11,146 nt of DNA. It comes from Candidatus Micrarchaeota archaeon (GTDB taxonomy: Archaea > Micrarchaeota > Micrarchaeia > Norongarragalinales > SBBD01). Positions 1-9,496 of the stretch are shown piece after piece. Numbering within the stretch: the first letter of the stretch is position 1; the number at the start of each line of letters is the position of its first letter. A program made the translations under genes and the position numbers. Under the pieces are notes generated by a model, which was given only the letters and a program-made list of their open reading frames with translations, searched no databases and was not told the DNA's origin. The DNA lies in contig JBDRLB010000031.1 of assembly GCA_043813365.1 (NCBI GenBank), forward strand, positions 1-11,146, read 5' to 3'.

Positions 1-619
1 GGCGCTTGAGCAGCTGGGCGGATTTGACGAGGACAATATCGCGGAGGACATGGAGGTCGCGCTCAATTTGAGGAGAAACGGGTACGAAATAGTGACAACT
101 ACGGATGCGGTTGCATTCACCGAAACCCCGAACAACCTTAGGAGTTTCTACAAGCAGAGGATCAGGTGGTTCAGGGGCGCCATTTACAACGGCAGGAAAT
201 ATTTCTACATGCTCTTCAACCGCGCGTACGGCAATTTCGGGAAATTCGTTTTCCCGGTTTCATACATCATCCAGGCATTTTCCATAGTCATCATGGCAAG
301 GCTGGTATCGCTATATTTGGAGGGCATGCTGGCAATCCTTGCGGTTTTGCTGAATATTGCACCCGCATCCGCATCGCTCGTGGCGGATGTCCTTGCACCC
401 CATCTGCTCAGGCTGCAGAGCACGGTAATTTTCACAATAACAACTTTCCTCATTTGGGGGTACGTAGTCTACACTAGCTTCGGGATAGCCGGAAGGAAGA
501 TGAATGTTCGGCATTTGCTACCTGTTTTTATTTTTATGAGCATCTATCCTTTCGTGCTTGCCCTGATATATTTGATCAGTTTCATCAGGGAGATCGCAAA
601 GAGTGAGGCAAAATGGTGA
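1..619 (+). CDS. Processive GT2 glycosyltransferase (cellulose synthase/PgaC-like), 5'-truncated by the window edge
   Basis: The frame is open from base 2 (ALEQLGGFDEDNIAEDMEVAL). It has the GGF..xED motif, the QxxRW motif (QRIRW) and several C-terminal hydrophobic helices. The true start lies upstream of the window. Confidence 0.9.
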   Translation, partial: ALEQLGGFDEDNIAEDMEVALNLRRNGYEIVTTTDAVAFTETPNNLRSFYKQRIRWFRGAIYNGRKYFYMLFNRAYGNFGKFVFPVSYIIQAFSIVIMARLVSLYLEGMLAILAVLLNIAPASASLVADVLAPHLLRLQSTVIFTITTFLIWGYVVYTSFGIAGRKMNVRHLLPVFIFMSIYPFVLALIYLISFIREIAKSEAKW

Positions 620-1260
620 GCGTTTTCATAAAAGCGGGAGTGATCGTGCTCCTTGTTTTCATCGGCAACGTATTGGTAGTGAAGAACATCGAGGACGGCA
701 GACAAGCGGAGGTGCAGGAGAAGCTTGCAAAAATGGAGAGGGAGGGCCAGACTTCAAAGCTGATGCTGCTTTACATGCAGACCTTGGACAAGGAGGACGC
801 GGCAGCGCTTTGCCCGGCGCTTGATTCGCTCACATCGGAGCAGATATTGGCGGCAAACAACCTGGCTTACCAGATAGACAAGTACAGGGAGGCCAATCTT
901 ATCGCCAGTTTGGAGGAGGCGCGGGAGCGGTACATCCTGAACAGCGTCGAGCTATGGCTTTACCTGAAGCAGCTGGAGGAGGTTTGCGGGATGAAGAAGC
1001 TTACTCCGATACTTTATTTCTACCCCGAGAAGGCCGCATGCCCCGAATGCAAGGTGCAGGCGGATATTCTGAATTCATATAGGGACAGGTGCACGAACGT
1101 TAGGGTATTTGCCTTCCCTGCAACGCGTGAAAACGGCATTATCAAAGTGCTCACGGCAAAATACAACGTCACCAAAACGCCCTCGCTTGTTATTAACGAC
1201 AAAACCTTTGGGGGAATAATCGGCGAATCCATCTTGAAGGAGGAAGTGCCGTGTGCATAA
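613..1260 (+). CDS. Membrane-anchored protein with C-terminal thioredoxin-like fold (CPEC)
   Basis: N-terminal hydrophobic helix, helical linker, then ILYFY...CPEC and YNVTKTPSLVIN (cis-Pro loop pattern). Overlaps the GT2 gene by 7 nt, suggesting coupling. Confidence 0.75.
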   Translation: MVSVFIKAGVIVLLVFIGNVLVVKNIEDGRQAEVQEKLAKMEREGQTSKLMLLYMQTLDKEDAAALCPALDSLTSEQILAANNLAYQIDKYREANLIASLEEARERYILNSVELWLYLKQLEEVCGMKKLTPILYFYPEKAACPECKVQADILNSYRDRCTNVRVFAFPATRENGIIKVLTAKYNVTKTPSLVINDKTFGGIIGESILKEEVPCA

Positions 1261-1323
1261 ATTGAAATTTGTTGCGCCTTCGAACGCATCGCCCAGATGC
1301 CATTCAAGTGCCTTTGCCCGTCA

Positions 1324-1333
1324 TTTATAAATA
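1324..1333 (+). promoter_or_regulatory. TATA box of the tRNA-Asn gene
   Basis: TTTATAAATA, 25-34 nt upstream of the mature tRNA 5' end (1358). Confidence 0.7.
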
Positions 1334-1357
1334 TAATCAGAAATAACATTACGCTGT

Positions 1358-1577
1358 GCCCCGGTAGCTCAGCTGGTTAGAGCGGCTGACTGTTAATCAG
1401 CAGGCCGCAGGTTCGAAATGACTTGCCCCTTTCTTTTTAGAAAAAAGAAAGCGGCGGTGTCGCCGCTGGAAAGAAAAAATTGTCCTAATTCGCTAATCAT
1501 TAGCGCTTTCTTTGGCGGTGCCATACGCCTTTCTTTCTGGAAAGAAAGGCAAGGCAGCGAATATCCTGCCCGGGGCG
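1358..1577 (+). tRNA. tRNA-Asn(GTT), intron-containing; exons 1358-1417 and 1564-1577; CCA not encoded
   Basis: Acceptor stem GCCCCGG(1358-64)/CCGGGGC(1570-76), D stem GCTC/GAGC, anticodon stem GCTGA/TCAGC with CT-GTT-AA loop (GTT 1392-94), T stem GCAGG(1407-11)/CCTGC(1565-69). The spliced T loop is TTCGAA+T and the discriminator is G1577. A T-run follows. Confidence 0.95.
1418..1563 (+). other. 146-nt tRNA intron at non-canonical position 59/60 with relaxed BHB (BHL-like) splice motif
   Basis: Central 4-bp helix TTCG(1412-15)/CGAA(1558-61) with 3-nt bulges AA|A(1416-18) and TA|T(1562-64). The outer helix is the T stem. The intron helix is TGaCTTGCC(1419-27)/GGCAAGgCA(1548-56) with G1557 unpaired. 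Confidence 0.88.
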
Positions 1578-1578
1578 C

Positions 1579-1585
1579 TTTTTTT
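1579..1585 (+). terminator. Oligo-T archaeal terminator after the tRNA
   Basis: T7 run starting 2 nt after the discriminator base. Confidence 0.5.
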
Positions 1586-1617
1586 AATTGCTATTGCTTA
1601 AGGGTTTGGTGAGTATT

Positions 1618-2469
1618 GTGGATGAGAAGCTAATTGCAAAAGTAACTGAAGAGATGCTAAAAAGGGCCGTTACTGATTTGCCTAAGGATGTAGAGGTTGC
1701 TCTTGCGGAAGCTGAGAGGGAGGAATTGAAAGCAAGGCAGGAAGTCGCCTCCGAACAGCTCTCAATTATCAATAAGAACATCGGGATTGCGAGGAGGAAA
1801 TGCGCCGCTCTTTGCCAGGATACGGGAACGTTGAGCTTTTTTGTAAAGGGAAAAACATTGACGAAGGAAATTGAGGCGGGGATTATTGAAGGAGTGCAAA
1901 ATGCAACTAAAAATGTGCCGCTGCGGCCGAATTCCGTTGATCCGCTTTCACGTAAAAATTTGGGCAACATCCCTTTCATCCACCTCGAATTTTCCGATCA
2001 TGATTATTTGGAAATTTCCGTGATTCCCAAGGGAGCGGGATGCGAGAACATGGCCGCGCTGTTCATGCTAAGGCCGTCTGATGGGATGGAAGGGATAAGG
2101 AAGGCGATTTTGACGCATGTTGCGGAGAAGGCGAGGAATGCTTGCCCGCCGATTGTTTTGGGCGTTGGGATAGGAGGGACGCCGGAAGAGGCGATGAGAG
2201 CCGCAAAGGAGAATCACCTTAGGAAATTGACGGACAGGAACCCGGACAAGGAATTGGCGGAATTCGAGAAACGGCTGAAGGATGAAATCAACCAGCTGGG
2301 GATCGGAACGATGGGATTGGGCGGGATAAAAACTGCTTTGACGGTGAAAGTTAAGAAAATCCCCTGCCACACCGCAAGTTTGCCGGTTGCGCTGAACATA
2401 GAGTGCTGGGCGGACAGGAGGTTGACTGCGAGAATTTTTGAAAATGGGAATATTGAGTATTTGGAGTGA
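1618..2469 (+). CDS. Class I Fe-S fumarate hydratase / tartrate dehydratase family, alpha subunit
   Basis: CQDTG, PLRPNSVDP, KGAGCEN, ACPP, GVGIGGT, GLGG, CHTASLPVA and ECWA motifs, including the three cluster Cys. Start placed at GTG 1618 after GGTGAG (1608-13); GTG 1609 is an alternative. Confidence 0.92.
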   Translation: MDEKLIAKVTEEMLKRAVTDLPKDVEVALAEAEREELKARQEVASEQLSIINKNIGIARRKCAALCQDTGTLSFFVKGKTLTKEIEAGIIEGVQNATKNVPLRPNSVDPLSRKNLGNIPFIHLEFSDHDYLEISVIPKGAGCENMAALFMLRPSDGMEGIRKAILTHVAEKARNACPPIVLGVGIGGTPEEAMRAAKENHLRKLTDRNPDKELAEFEKRLKDEINQLGIGTMGLGGIKTALTVKVKKIPCHTASLPVALNIECWADRRLTARIFENGNIEYLE

Positions 2470-2477
2470 TAGCTTAG

Positions 2478-3041
2478 ATGAAAATTGAATTGAAAACGCC
2501 AATCACGAAGGAGCAGGTCCTGAAATTGAAGTTGAATGATATCGTCTACATAAGCGGAAAAATCTTCTCGATCAGGGATCAGGCGATGAAGAGAATATTG
2601 CAGGAGAAGGATACGCATCCGGAATTGGAGGATGCGGCAATCTACAATTGCGGGCCACTGGTGAGGAAAAAGGGAAACGGATGGGAGCTGATTTCAGCAG
2701 GGCCGACAACTAGCAGCAGAATGAATGATCTGGCTGTTGAATTTATTCCGAGATTCGGGGTAAGTGCGATAATTGGGAAGGGAGGGATGAGCCAGAAAGT
2801 GCTGGAGGCGATGAGGGGGAAATGCGTTTACCTTTCGGCGGTTGGGGGAAGCGGTGCGGTTTCGGCGGAGCAATTGAAAGTTATGGGGGTGGAATGGGAA
2901 GATTTGGGGATGCCGGAGGCATTCTGGAAATTGGAGGCGGAAAAGTTCGGCCCGCTTATTGTAAGCATGGACGCGGCAGGCAACAGCTTATATGAAAGGA
3001 ATATTTCGGAGGTAAGGGCGAATCTGGGAAAGCTGATTTGA
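2478..3041 (+). CDS. Class I Fe-S fumarate hydratase / tartrate dehydratase family, beta subunit
   Basis: RDQA, CGP, GPTTSSRM, IGKGGM, DLGMPEA and GPLIVSMD..GNSLY motifs; starts 8 nt after the alpha subunit. Confidence 0.93.
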   Translation: MKIELKTPITKEQVLKLKLNDIVYISGKIFSIRDQAMKRILQEKDTHPELEDAAIYNCGPLVRKKGNGWELISAGPTTSSRMNDLAVEFIPRFGVSAIIGKGGMSQKVLEAMRGKCVYLSAVGGSGAVSAEQLKVMGVEWEDLGMPEAFWKLEAEKFGPLIVSMDAAGNSLYERNISEVRANLGKLI

Positions 3042-3051
3042 AGTAAAAGCA

Positions 3052-3059
3052 TTTTTATT
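3052..3059 (+). promoter_or_regulatory. Putative TATA box (leaderless transcript for 3081 ORF)
   Basis: TTTTTATT preceded by purine-rich GTAAAAG, about 22 nt before ATG 3081. Confidence 0.4.
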
Positions 3060-3080
3060 CACTTGCAGACTAATGGCAGC

Positions 3081-3620
3081 ATGAATCTTACGGATTACCT
3101 GCGGGCAACATTCTTCCCTTACCTCATCCTGCTTGTCTTGGATGTTTTCGATTATGTGGGAACCATCTATTTCGCTTATAGGAAAACAATCCCCCAAGTT
3201 TACATCGACATTGTTTTCCTGTTCGCATCACTGCCGGTTTACATTTACGTGATCTACAAGGTGGTTGCGAGGGAGGGCGGGGACAGGGAGGATGCGACGG
3301 TTGCGACGTTCCTGCTTGCATTCACGAAATGGGCGATGACATGGCTGATCACTTTCGCGGCGTTCCATTTCGTTTTCGGGGAGGGTGCGAATATGCCGGT
3401 AACTGCATTCACCACTTTTGAAAATCCGTACATGAAATTCTTCTCCTTGGGGACAATTGAGCAGTTCGCATACCATGTGATTGGAGCCGTTGCAGGAGGG
3501 TTCGCATTGGGAATGATATTCGAGGAGTTCATGGGAAGGAAGGACAGTAAAGAGGTCGATATCTACCAAACCCATGATAACGGCGGCTTCGACGAGGATG
3601 GCCCCGCTGAAGAAATCTAG
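3081..3620 (+). CDS. Hypothetical integral membrane protein (~4 TM helices, acidic C-terminal tail)
   Basis: Four hydrophobic segments and a DNGGFDEDGPAEEI tail, with host-like GC3. ATG 3081 is preferred over TTG 3063 because of the TATA spacing. Confidence 0.75.
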   Translation: MNLTDYLRATFFPYLILLVLDVFDYVGTIYFAYRKTIPQVYIDIVFLFASLPVYIYVIYKVVAREGGDREDATVATFLLAFTKWAMTWLITFAAFHFVFGEGANMPVTAFTTFENPYMKFFSLGTIEQFAYHVIGAVAGGFALGMIFEEFMGRKDSKEVDIYQTHDNGGFDEDGPAEEI

Positions 3621-3638
3621 GGACCAAAAGGAGGTAAA

Positions 3639-4466
3639 ATGAGAATATTTGAGTTTATTAAAAAAATACTTTTTTCCAGAAATAATAATGAAGACGAATT
3701 TAAAGCTACTCCGACAATCGATGAATCTGGAAAAAAAATAAACATAGACATAGAAGATGTCAAAGTAAATAAAGAAGATGAAAAAAAGGGACCAACACAG
3801 TGCAAGAAATGTAAAATATATATCGAAGGATATGAAAGAAAGGTTTTTTGTAAGGAATGTAAAGAATATTATTGCGAAAATCATCAATCTCACAAAAATA
3901 ATCATAAAGAGGAGAAAAGTCCAAAACCGACCGATAAATTTTTTGGCATCTGTACCCTCTGCAAGACAAACCTAAATGTACTCAACAGGACGTCTTGTAT
4001 TCGCTGTGGGAGGGATTTTTGTAAATATCATTCCTCAATTGAAATGCATAATTGTAAAGGGATTAGAAAAACTGAAGGCAAGCGAGAGCCCAAACCCGGA
4101 GATAGGATATTAACACGAAAGGAACTCGTAGCAATTTCAAAGGTTTGGCAAACAGTTGCAGGCTATGCGGCTGGCCATTATGAAGTTTCAGGCTTAATCG
4201 AATACGATGGCACTATCTCGCTCATACAAACAGGTAGTCCGGAATCTGTTGAACCATACTATGATCCTCGCTGGAATAAGTCAGGTATCCTGTTCCACAC
4301 TCACCCAAATGAAGACCCTACGCCAAGCGATGCCGATCATAGATTCGCTGCATATGTAGAAGAGAATGGCGGGAAAGTTAAATTCATTGTTGCTACCCAA
4401 TTGGGTTTCACAGCATATGGACGAAATGAGGGTTTAAAGATTTTTTACGGATGGCACGAGATCTAA
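3639..4466 (+). CDS. Tandem AN1-type zinc finger + JAMM/MPN+ (JAB) metalloprotease domain protein
   Basis: CTLC-x11-CIRC-x4-C-x2-H-x5-H-x-C (3951-4055) is a full AN1 pattern, and a degenerate copy starts at 3801. The JAMM motif is E (HYEVSG, 4182) ... HTH-x7-S-x2-D (4296-4337). RBS GGAGGT at 3630-35. Confidence 0.85.
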   Translation: MRIFEFIKKILFSRNNNEDEFKATPTIDESGKKINIDIEDVKVNKEDEKKGPTQCKKCKIYIEGYERKVFCKECKEYYCENHQSHKNNHKEEKSPKPTDKFFGICTLCKTNLNVLNRTSCIRCGRDFCKYHSSIEMHNCKGIRKTEGKREPKPGDRILTRKELVAISKVWQTVAGYAAGHYEVSGLIEYDGTISLIQTGSPESVEPYYDPRWNKSGILFHTHPNEDPTPSDADHRFAAYVEENGGKVKFIVATQLGFTAYGRNEGLKIFYGWHEI

Positions 4467-6863
<2,397 letters not shown>

Positions 6864-6888
6864 TTAGATGCAATAACTTGGCAGCCAA

Positions 6889-6896
6889 TATTTAAA
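6889..6896 (-). promoter_or_regulatory. Putative TATA box of cdc48
   Basis: TTTAAATA on the minus strand, about 55 nt upstream of the start, leaving room for a leader with the GGTG RBS. Confidence 0.55.
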
Positions 6897-6922
6897 TGAG
6901 TTGGGTTTAGGTTAAATTCTTC

Positions 6923-7717
6923 TTAATGCTCGATTGCGGAGATGAGCTTAGGGGAAAAAACTTTCATTTTGGCTTCACCGTAAAAGCCGAGGGTTTTTCT
7001 CGTTACGTCCAATGCAATTTCGTGTGCTTTCGGGTCTTCCCTCCCCAATAATTCAAGGTTATCCAAGAAATGTTTCGGAAAATGCCTCATTACTGCGGAA
7101 GCGCTGGCGAAAAGTTCTTGGGGGTAATGTGATGGGTGGCCTATCGGAAACCCAAAATTCTGATAGTGGGACTCATCAAATATTCTGAAAAAAGGGTTAT
7201 TTTCGAGGGCCGCATTATACTTTGTAATTTCACTTGTTTCTGGGATTTTATAATGTTTGAAAACATTGCTGAATGCTTGGCCAAATTGCTCGTTTTTTTT
7301 ATATAAACGGTCATCCGCGAATAATGCGTGTGCGGCTTCGTGGAATGACGATATTCGATGAGCGTTGGGGGTAGAAAAAACCGCTTGACCGCCGCGAATT
7401 TTTGGCAAACGAACTCCAATAGGCACTTCCTTGAACATGATGTTTGAAAAAACAATATGCATGGTTTTATCATTTTTATCGGTCAGGTCAACCTTCCGGA
7501 TTTTAAAATCATCCGAAACTAGCGGATTTACCAGATTTATTTCTTTGGCCACATCCAATAATTCCTGATCGCTCACCCACCTTCTTGCAGCAATGGATAT
7601 TCCTCCATGGCTAAAGGTCCGAATTTGATCATAGTAAGCATTAACTCCAAGCTTCGATAATACACCAGTCGTGGCTACTCCGCCAACTAATTTCAAAAAC
7701 GTACGGCGAGTGACCAT
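6923..7717 (-). CDS. Putative Tat-exported zinc metallopeptidase (zincin/gluzincin-like)
   Basis: N-terminal TRRTFLK followed by a hydrophobic stretch; HEAAH (7342-7328); downstream ELFASA helix supplying a possible third Zn ligand. Confidence 0.7.
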   Translation of the reverse strand: MVTRRTFLKLVGGVATTGVLSKLGVNAYYDQIRTFSHGGISIAARRWVSDQELLDVAKEINLVNPLVSDDFKIRKVDLTDKNDKTMHIVFSNIMFKEVPIGVRLPKIRGGQAVFSTPNAHRISSFHEAAHALFADDRLYKKNEQFGQAFSNVFKHYKIPETSEITKYNAALENNPFFRIFDESHYQNFGFPIGHPSHYPQELFASASAVMRHFPKHFLDNLELLGREDPKAHEIALDVTRKTLGFYGEAKMKVFSPKLISAIEH

Positions 7718-7748
7718 TTACATCTGCCTCTCTGTAATAACCTCGGAT

Positions 7749-8123
7749 TCAAATCAAAATAACATTATCCAGCTTTGAAAAGTCCCTGTCGCCAGTCACA
7801 ACCTTCGCGTTGAGCTGCTTTGCAGCTGCGTACGTGAATGCATCAATTGCCTTCAGCCCGTGGTGGAGCCGTACTTCAGCCGCGATTTCGGCGATCAACT
7901 CATCTACGGCAACAATTTTGGCGCGTGTTTTGATGAATGACAGCGCAATCAGCAGCTTTTCCTTTCCCACATCCTCTGAAAGGCGGTAATAGATCTCGTA
8001 AAGGTTTGCTGCAGTAGTGAAAACCTCACTTTCCTTGTTTTTCAACAGCGCATAAACCTTCTCGCCCCCACGCTCCTTCTTGAAATATGCAAGCCATGCA
8101 AAACTGTCGACCATGATTTTCAT
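7749..8123 (-). CDS. vapC: PIN-domain toxin, VapC family
   Basis: MVDSFAW, NLYE, AIDA and VVTGDRDF provide the four acidic PIN residues; 124 aa; directly follows an AbrB-like gene. Confidence 0.92.
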   Translation of the reverse strand: MKIMVDSFAWLAYFKKERGGEKVYALLKNKESEVFTTAANLYEIYYRLSEDVGKEKLLIALSFIKTRAKIVAVDELIAEIAAEVRLHHGLKAIDAFTYAAAKQLNAKVVTGDRDFSKLDNVILI

Positions 8124-8342
8124 TTATCTCTCCCTTGCATGCTCCTGCCTGTGCTTATCGAGGTCTATCCCCGGAAATGCGCCCCACATCTCATCGGCTG
8201 AGGGCACCTTCCTGAATATGAGCCGGTCCTCGCTTTTCGTGCGCTCCAGGTTCACGATGAAGGCGCTGCATTCGACGATATCCCGGATTTCCTTGGGCAT
8301 TACTAGCCTGCCACTCTTATCCATTTTTACCATGAATTCCAT
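8124..8342 (-). CDS. vapB: AbrB/MazE/SpoVT-family antitoxin (VapB)
   Basis: VKMDKSGRLVMPKEIR swapped-hairpin signature and a C-terminal WGAF..ID...EH segment. Its stop abuts the vapC ATG (TAAATG). Start ATG 8342 follows AGGTGG; GTG 8351 is an alternative. Confidence 0.88.
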   Translation of the reverse strand: MEFMVKMDKSGRLVMPKEIRDIVECSAFIVNLERTKSEDRLIFRKVPSADEMWGAFPGIDLDKHRQEHARER

Positions 8343-8402
8343 TTCTGCCACCTAAAATATTTATGGTATTCTTAGAAACAATGGAATTAATAAGGCTATT
8401 GG

Positions 8403-9470
8403 CTAGACATTCCTCTCTATTAGGTAGTCGGCGAATTCCTTGAGCTGCTTCTTCGCGCCGGAATCCTTCAGGGAGGGGGAGAATTTGGCCCATCCGGATT
8501 TCACGAGCTCCCTTGCCTTTTCCTTCGAGTAGTCGATTGCATCCGTATCCGTGATTAGAGTGATGGCCTCCCTGATGTAGAACGAATCCTTCGTGTGGGA
8601 GTTGAGAATCTGGAGGAGGCGTTTTCCTTTGTCAGGGTCGAGCTTCCCGAGGGCGCGGAGAACCATGAGCGTGCGTTTCCCTTCCGAAATGTCGCCGCCA
8701 ATTTCCTTCCCATATGCCTGCGTGCCGATGAGGTTGAGGATGTCGTCCTGTATCTGGAAGGCGATGCCTATTGATTCGGCGAATTCGCCGGCGAGCTCCA
8801 TCTGGGCATTGGATGCTCCGCCGAACAATGCGCCCAGCTTGGCAGCCATCCTTGCAAGTGTTCCGGTTTTGAAGGCGCACATCTGCAGATAATCGTTCTC
8901 GGATATGTCAGCGAGCTTGCTGCGGTGCCAGAGGATGTCGAACCCCTGGCCGTAGGAGAGGTTGATCATCTCCTGCATGTAGATTTCGTATGCGGAAAGG
9001 AGGGTTTTGTCGGATAAAAGGTGCCGGTTATTCTGCAAAATTTTTAGGGGAAGGAAGTACATGGCATTGCCGGCATTGATTGCGATGTCCTCGCCGAAAA
9101 TTACATGAATTGCGGGCTTCCCCCTCCTCAGATCGCTGCTGTCTTCAACATCATCCACCATAAGGGTGCCGTTGTGGACAATTTCAGGGATGGCGGAGAG
9201 CTCCATGAGCTTTTTGGGGTTGGTACCGAACGCTTCTGCTATGAGAAGCAGCAAGGCGGGCCTCCAGCGCTTCCCGCCCCTTTCCAGCAGGGACCAGATG
9301 GGCTCGTGGATGGATTGCTCGGCTGCCTTGAGATCGAAAGAGTAGCGGGGCTTCCCGCAGATTTCCTCTAATTTCTTCGCATCCAGCTTCCGGGGTATGG
9401 TTTTCAGTATTTCCGCATCAACCAGCTTCTTGGTTTTCCGCAAATTGGTCTCTAGAGCCATTGTCATCAT
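8403..9470 (-). CDS. Trans-polyprenyl diphosphate synthase (GGPP synthase-like)
   Basis: GGKRWRP, FARM DDVED..RRG, GQG.D, KTG, SARM-like FQIQDDILN and GGDISEGK. The start is ambiguous among ATG 9470, 9467 and 9461. Confidence 0.93.
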   Translation of the reverse strand: MMTMALETNLRKTKKLVDAEILKTIPRKLDAKKLEEICGKPRYSFDLKAAEQSIHEPIWSLLERGGKRWRPALLLLIAEAFGTNPKKLMELSAIPEIVHNGTLMVDDVEDSSDLRRGKPAIHVIFGEDIAINAGNAMYFLPLKILQNNRHLLSDKTLLSAYEIYMQEMINLSYGQGFDILWHRSKLADISENDYLQMCAFKTGTLARMAAKLGALFGGASNAQMELAGEFAESIGIAFQIQDDILNLIGTQAYGKEIGGDISEGKRTLMVLRALGKLDPDKGKRLLQILNSHTKDSFYIREAITLITDTDAIDYSKEKARELVKSGWAKFSPSLKDSGAKKQLKEFADYLIERNV

Positions 9471-9487
9471 ATGTATAAGATGGCGGG

Positions 9488-9496
9488 TTTTAATAA
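9488..9496. promoter_or_regulatory. Putative shared/bidirectional TATA element between divergent genes
   Basis: TTTTAATAA (+) / TTATTAAAA (-) in the middle of a 50-nt divergent spacer. Confidence 0.45.

Noticed and set aside
1273..1300. TTCGAA and small hairpin GCATC/GATGC as a second tRNA fragment or split-tRNA piece
   Set aside because: No T-stem pairing around TTCGAA, no acceptor or anticodon arm, and no complementary leader.
1429..1550. CRISPR array
   Set aside because: The repeats are short, mostly inverted and irregularly spaced, with no unique spacers and no cas genes.
1418..1563. C/D-box guide RNA or protein coding within the tRNA intron (ORF 1418-1612)
   Set aside because: No RTGATGA or CTGA boxes (only ATGACT and CTGG). 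The ORF runs through the 3' exon and is low-complexity translation of the hairpins.
3228..3905. 225-aa minus-strand hydrophobic ORF
   Set aside because: Phe/Ile richness is the antisense of Lys/Glu/Asn codons; it overlaps two better-supported plus-strand genes.
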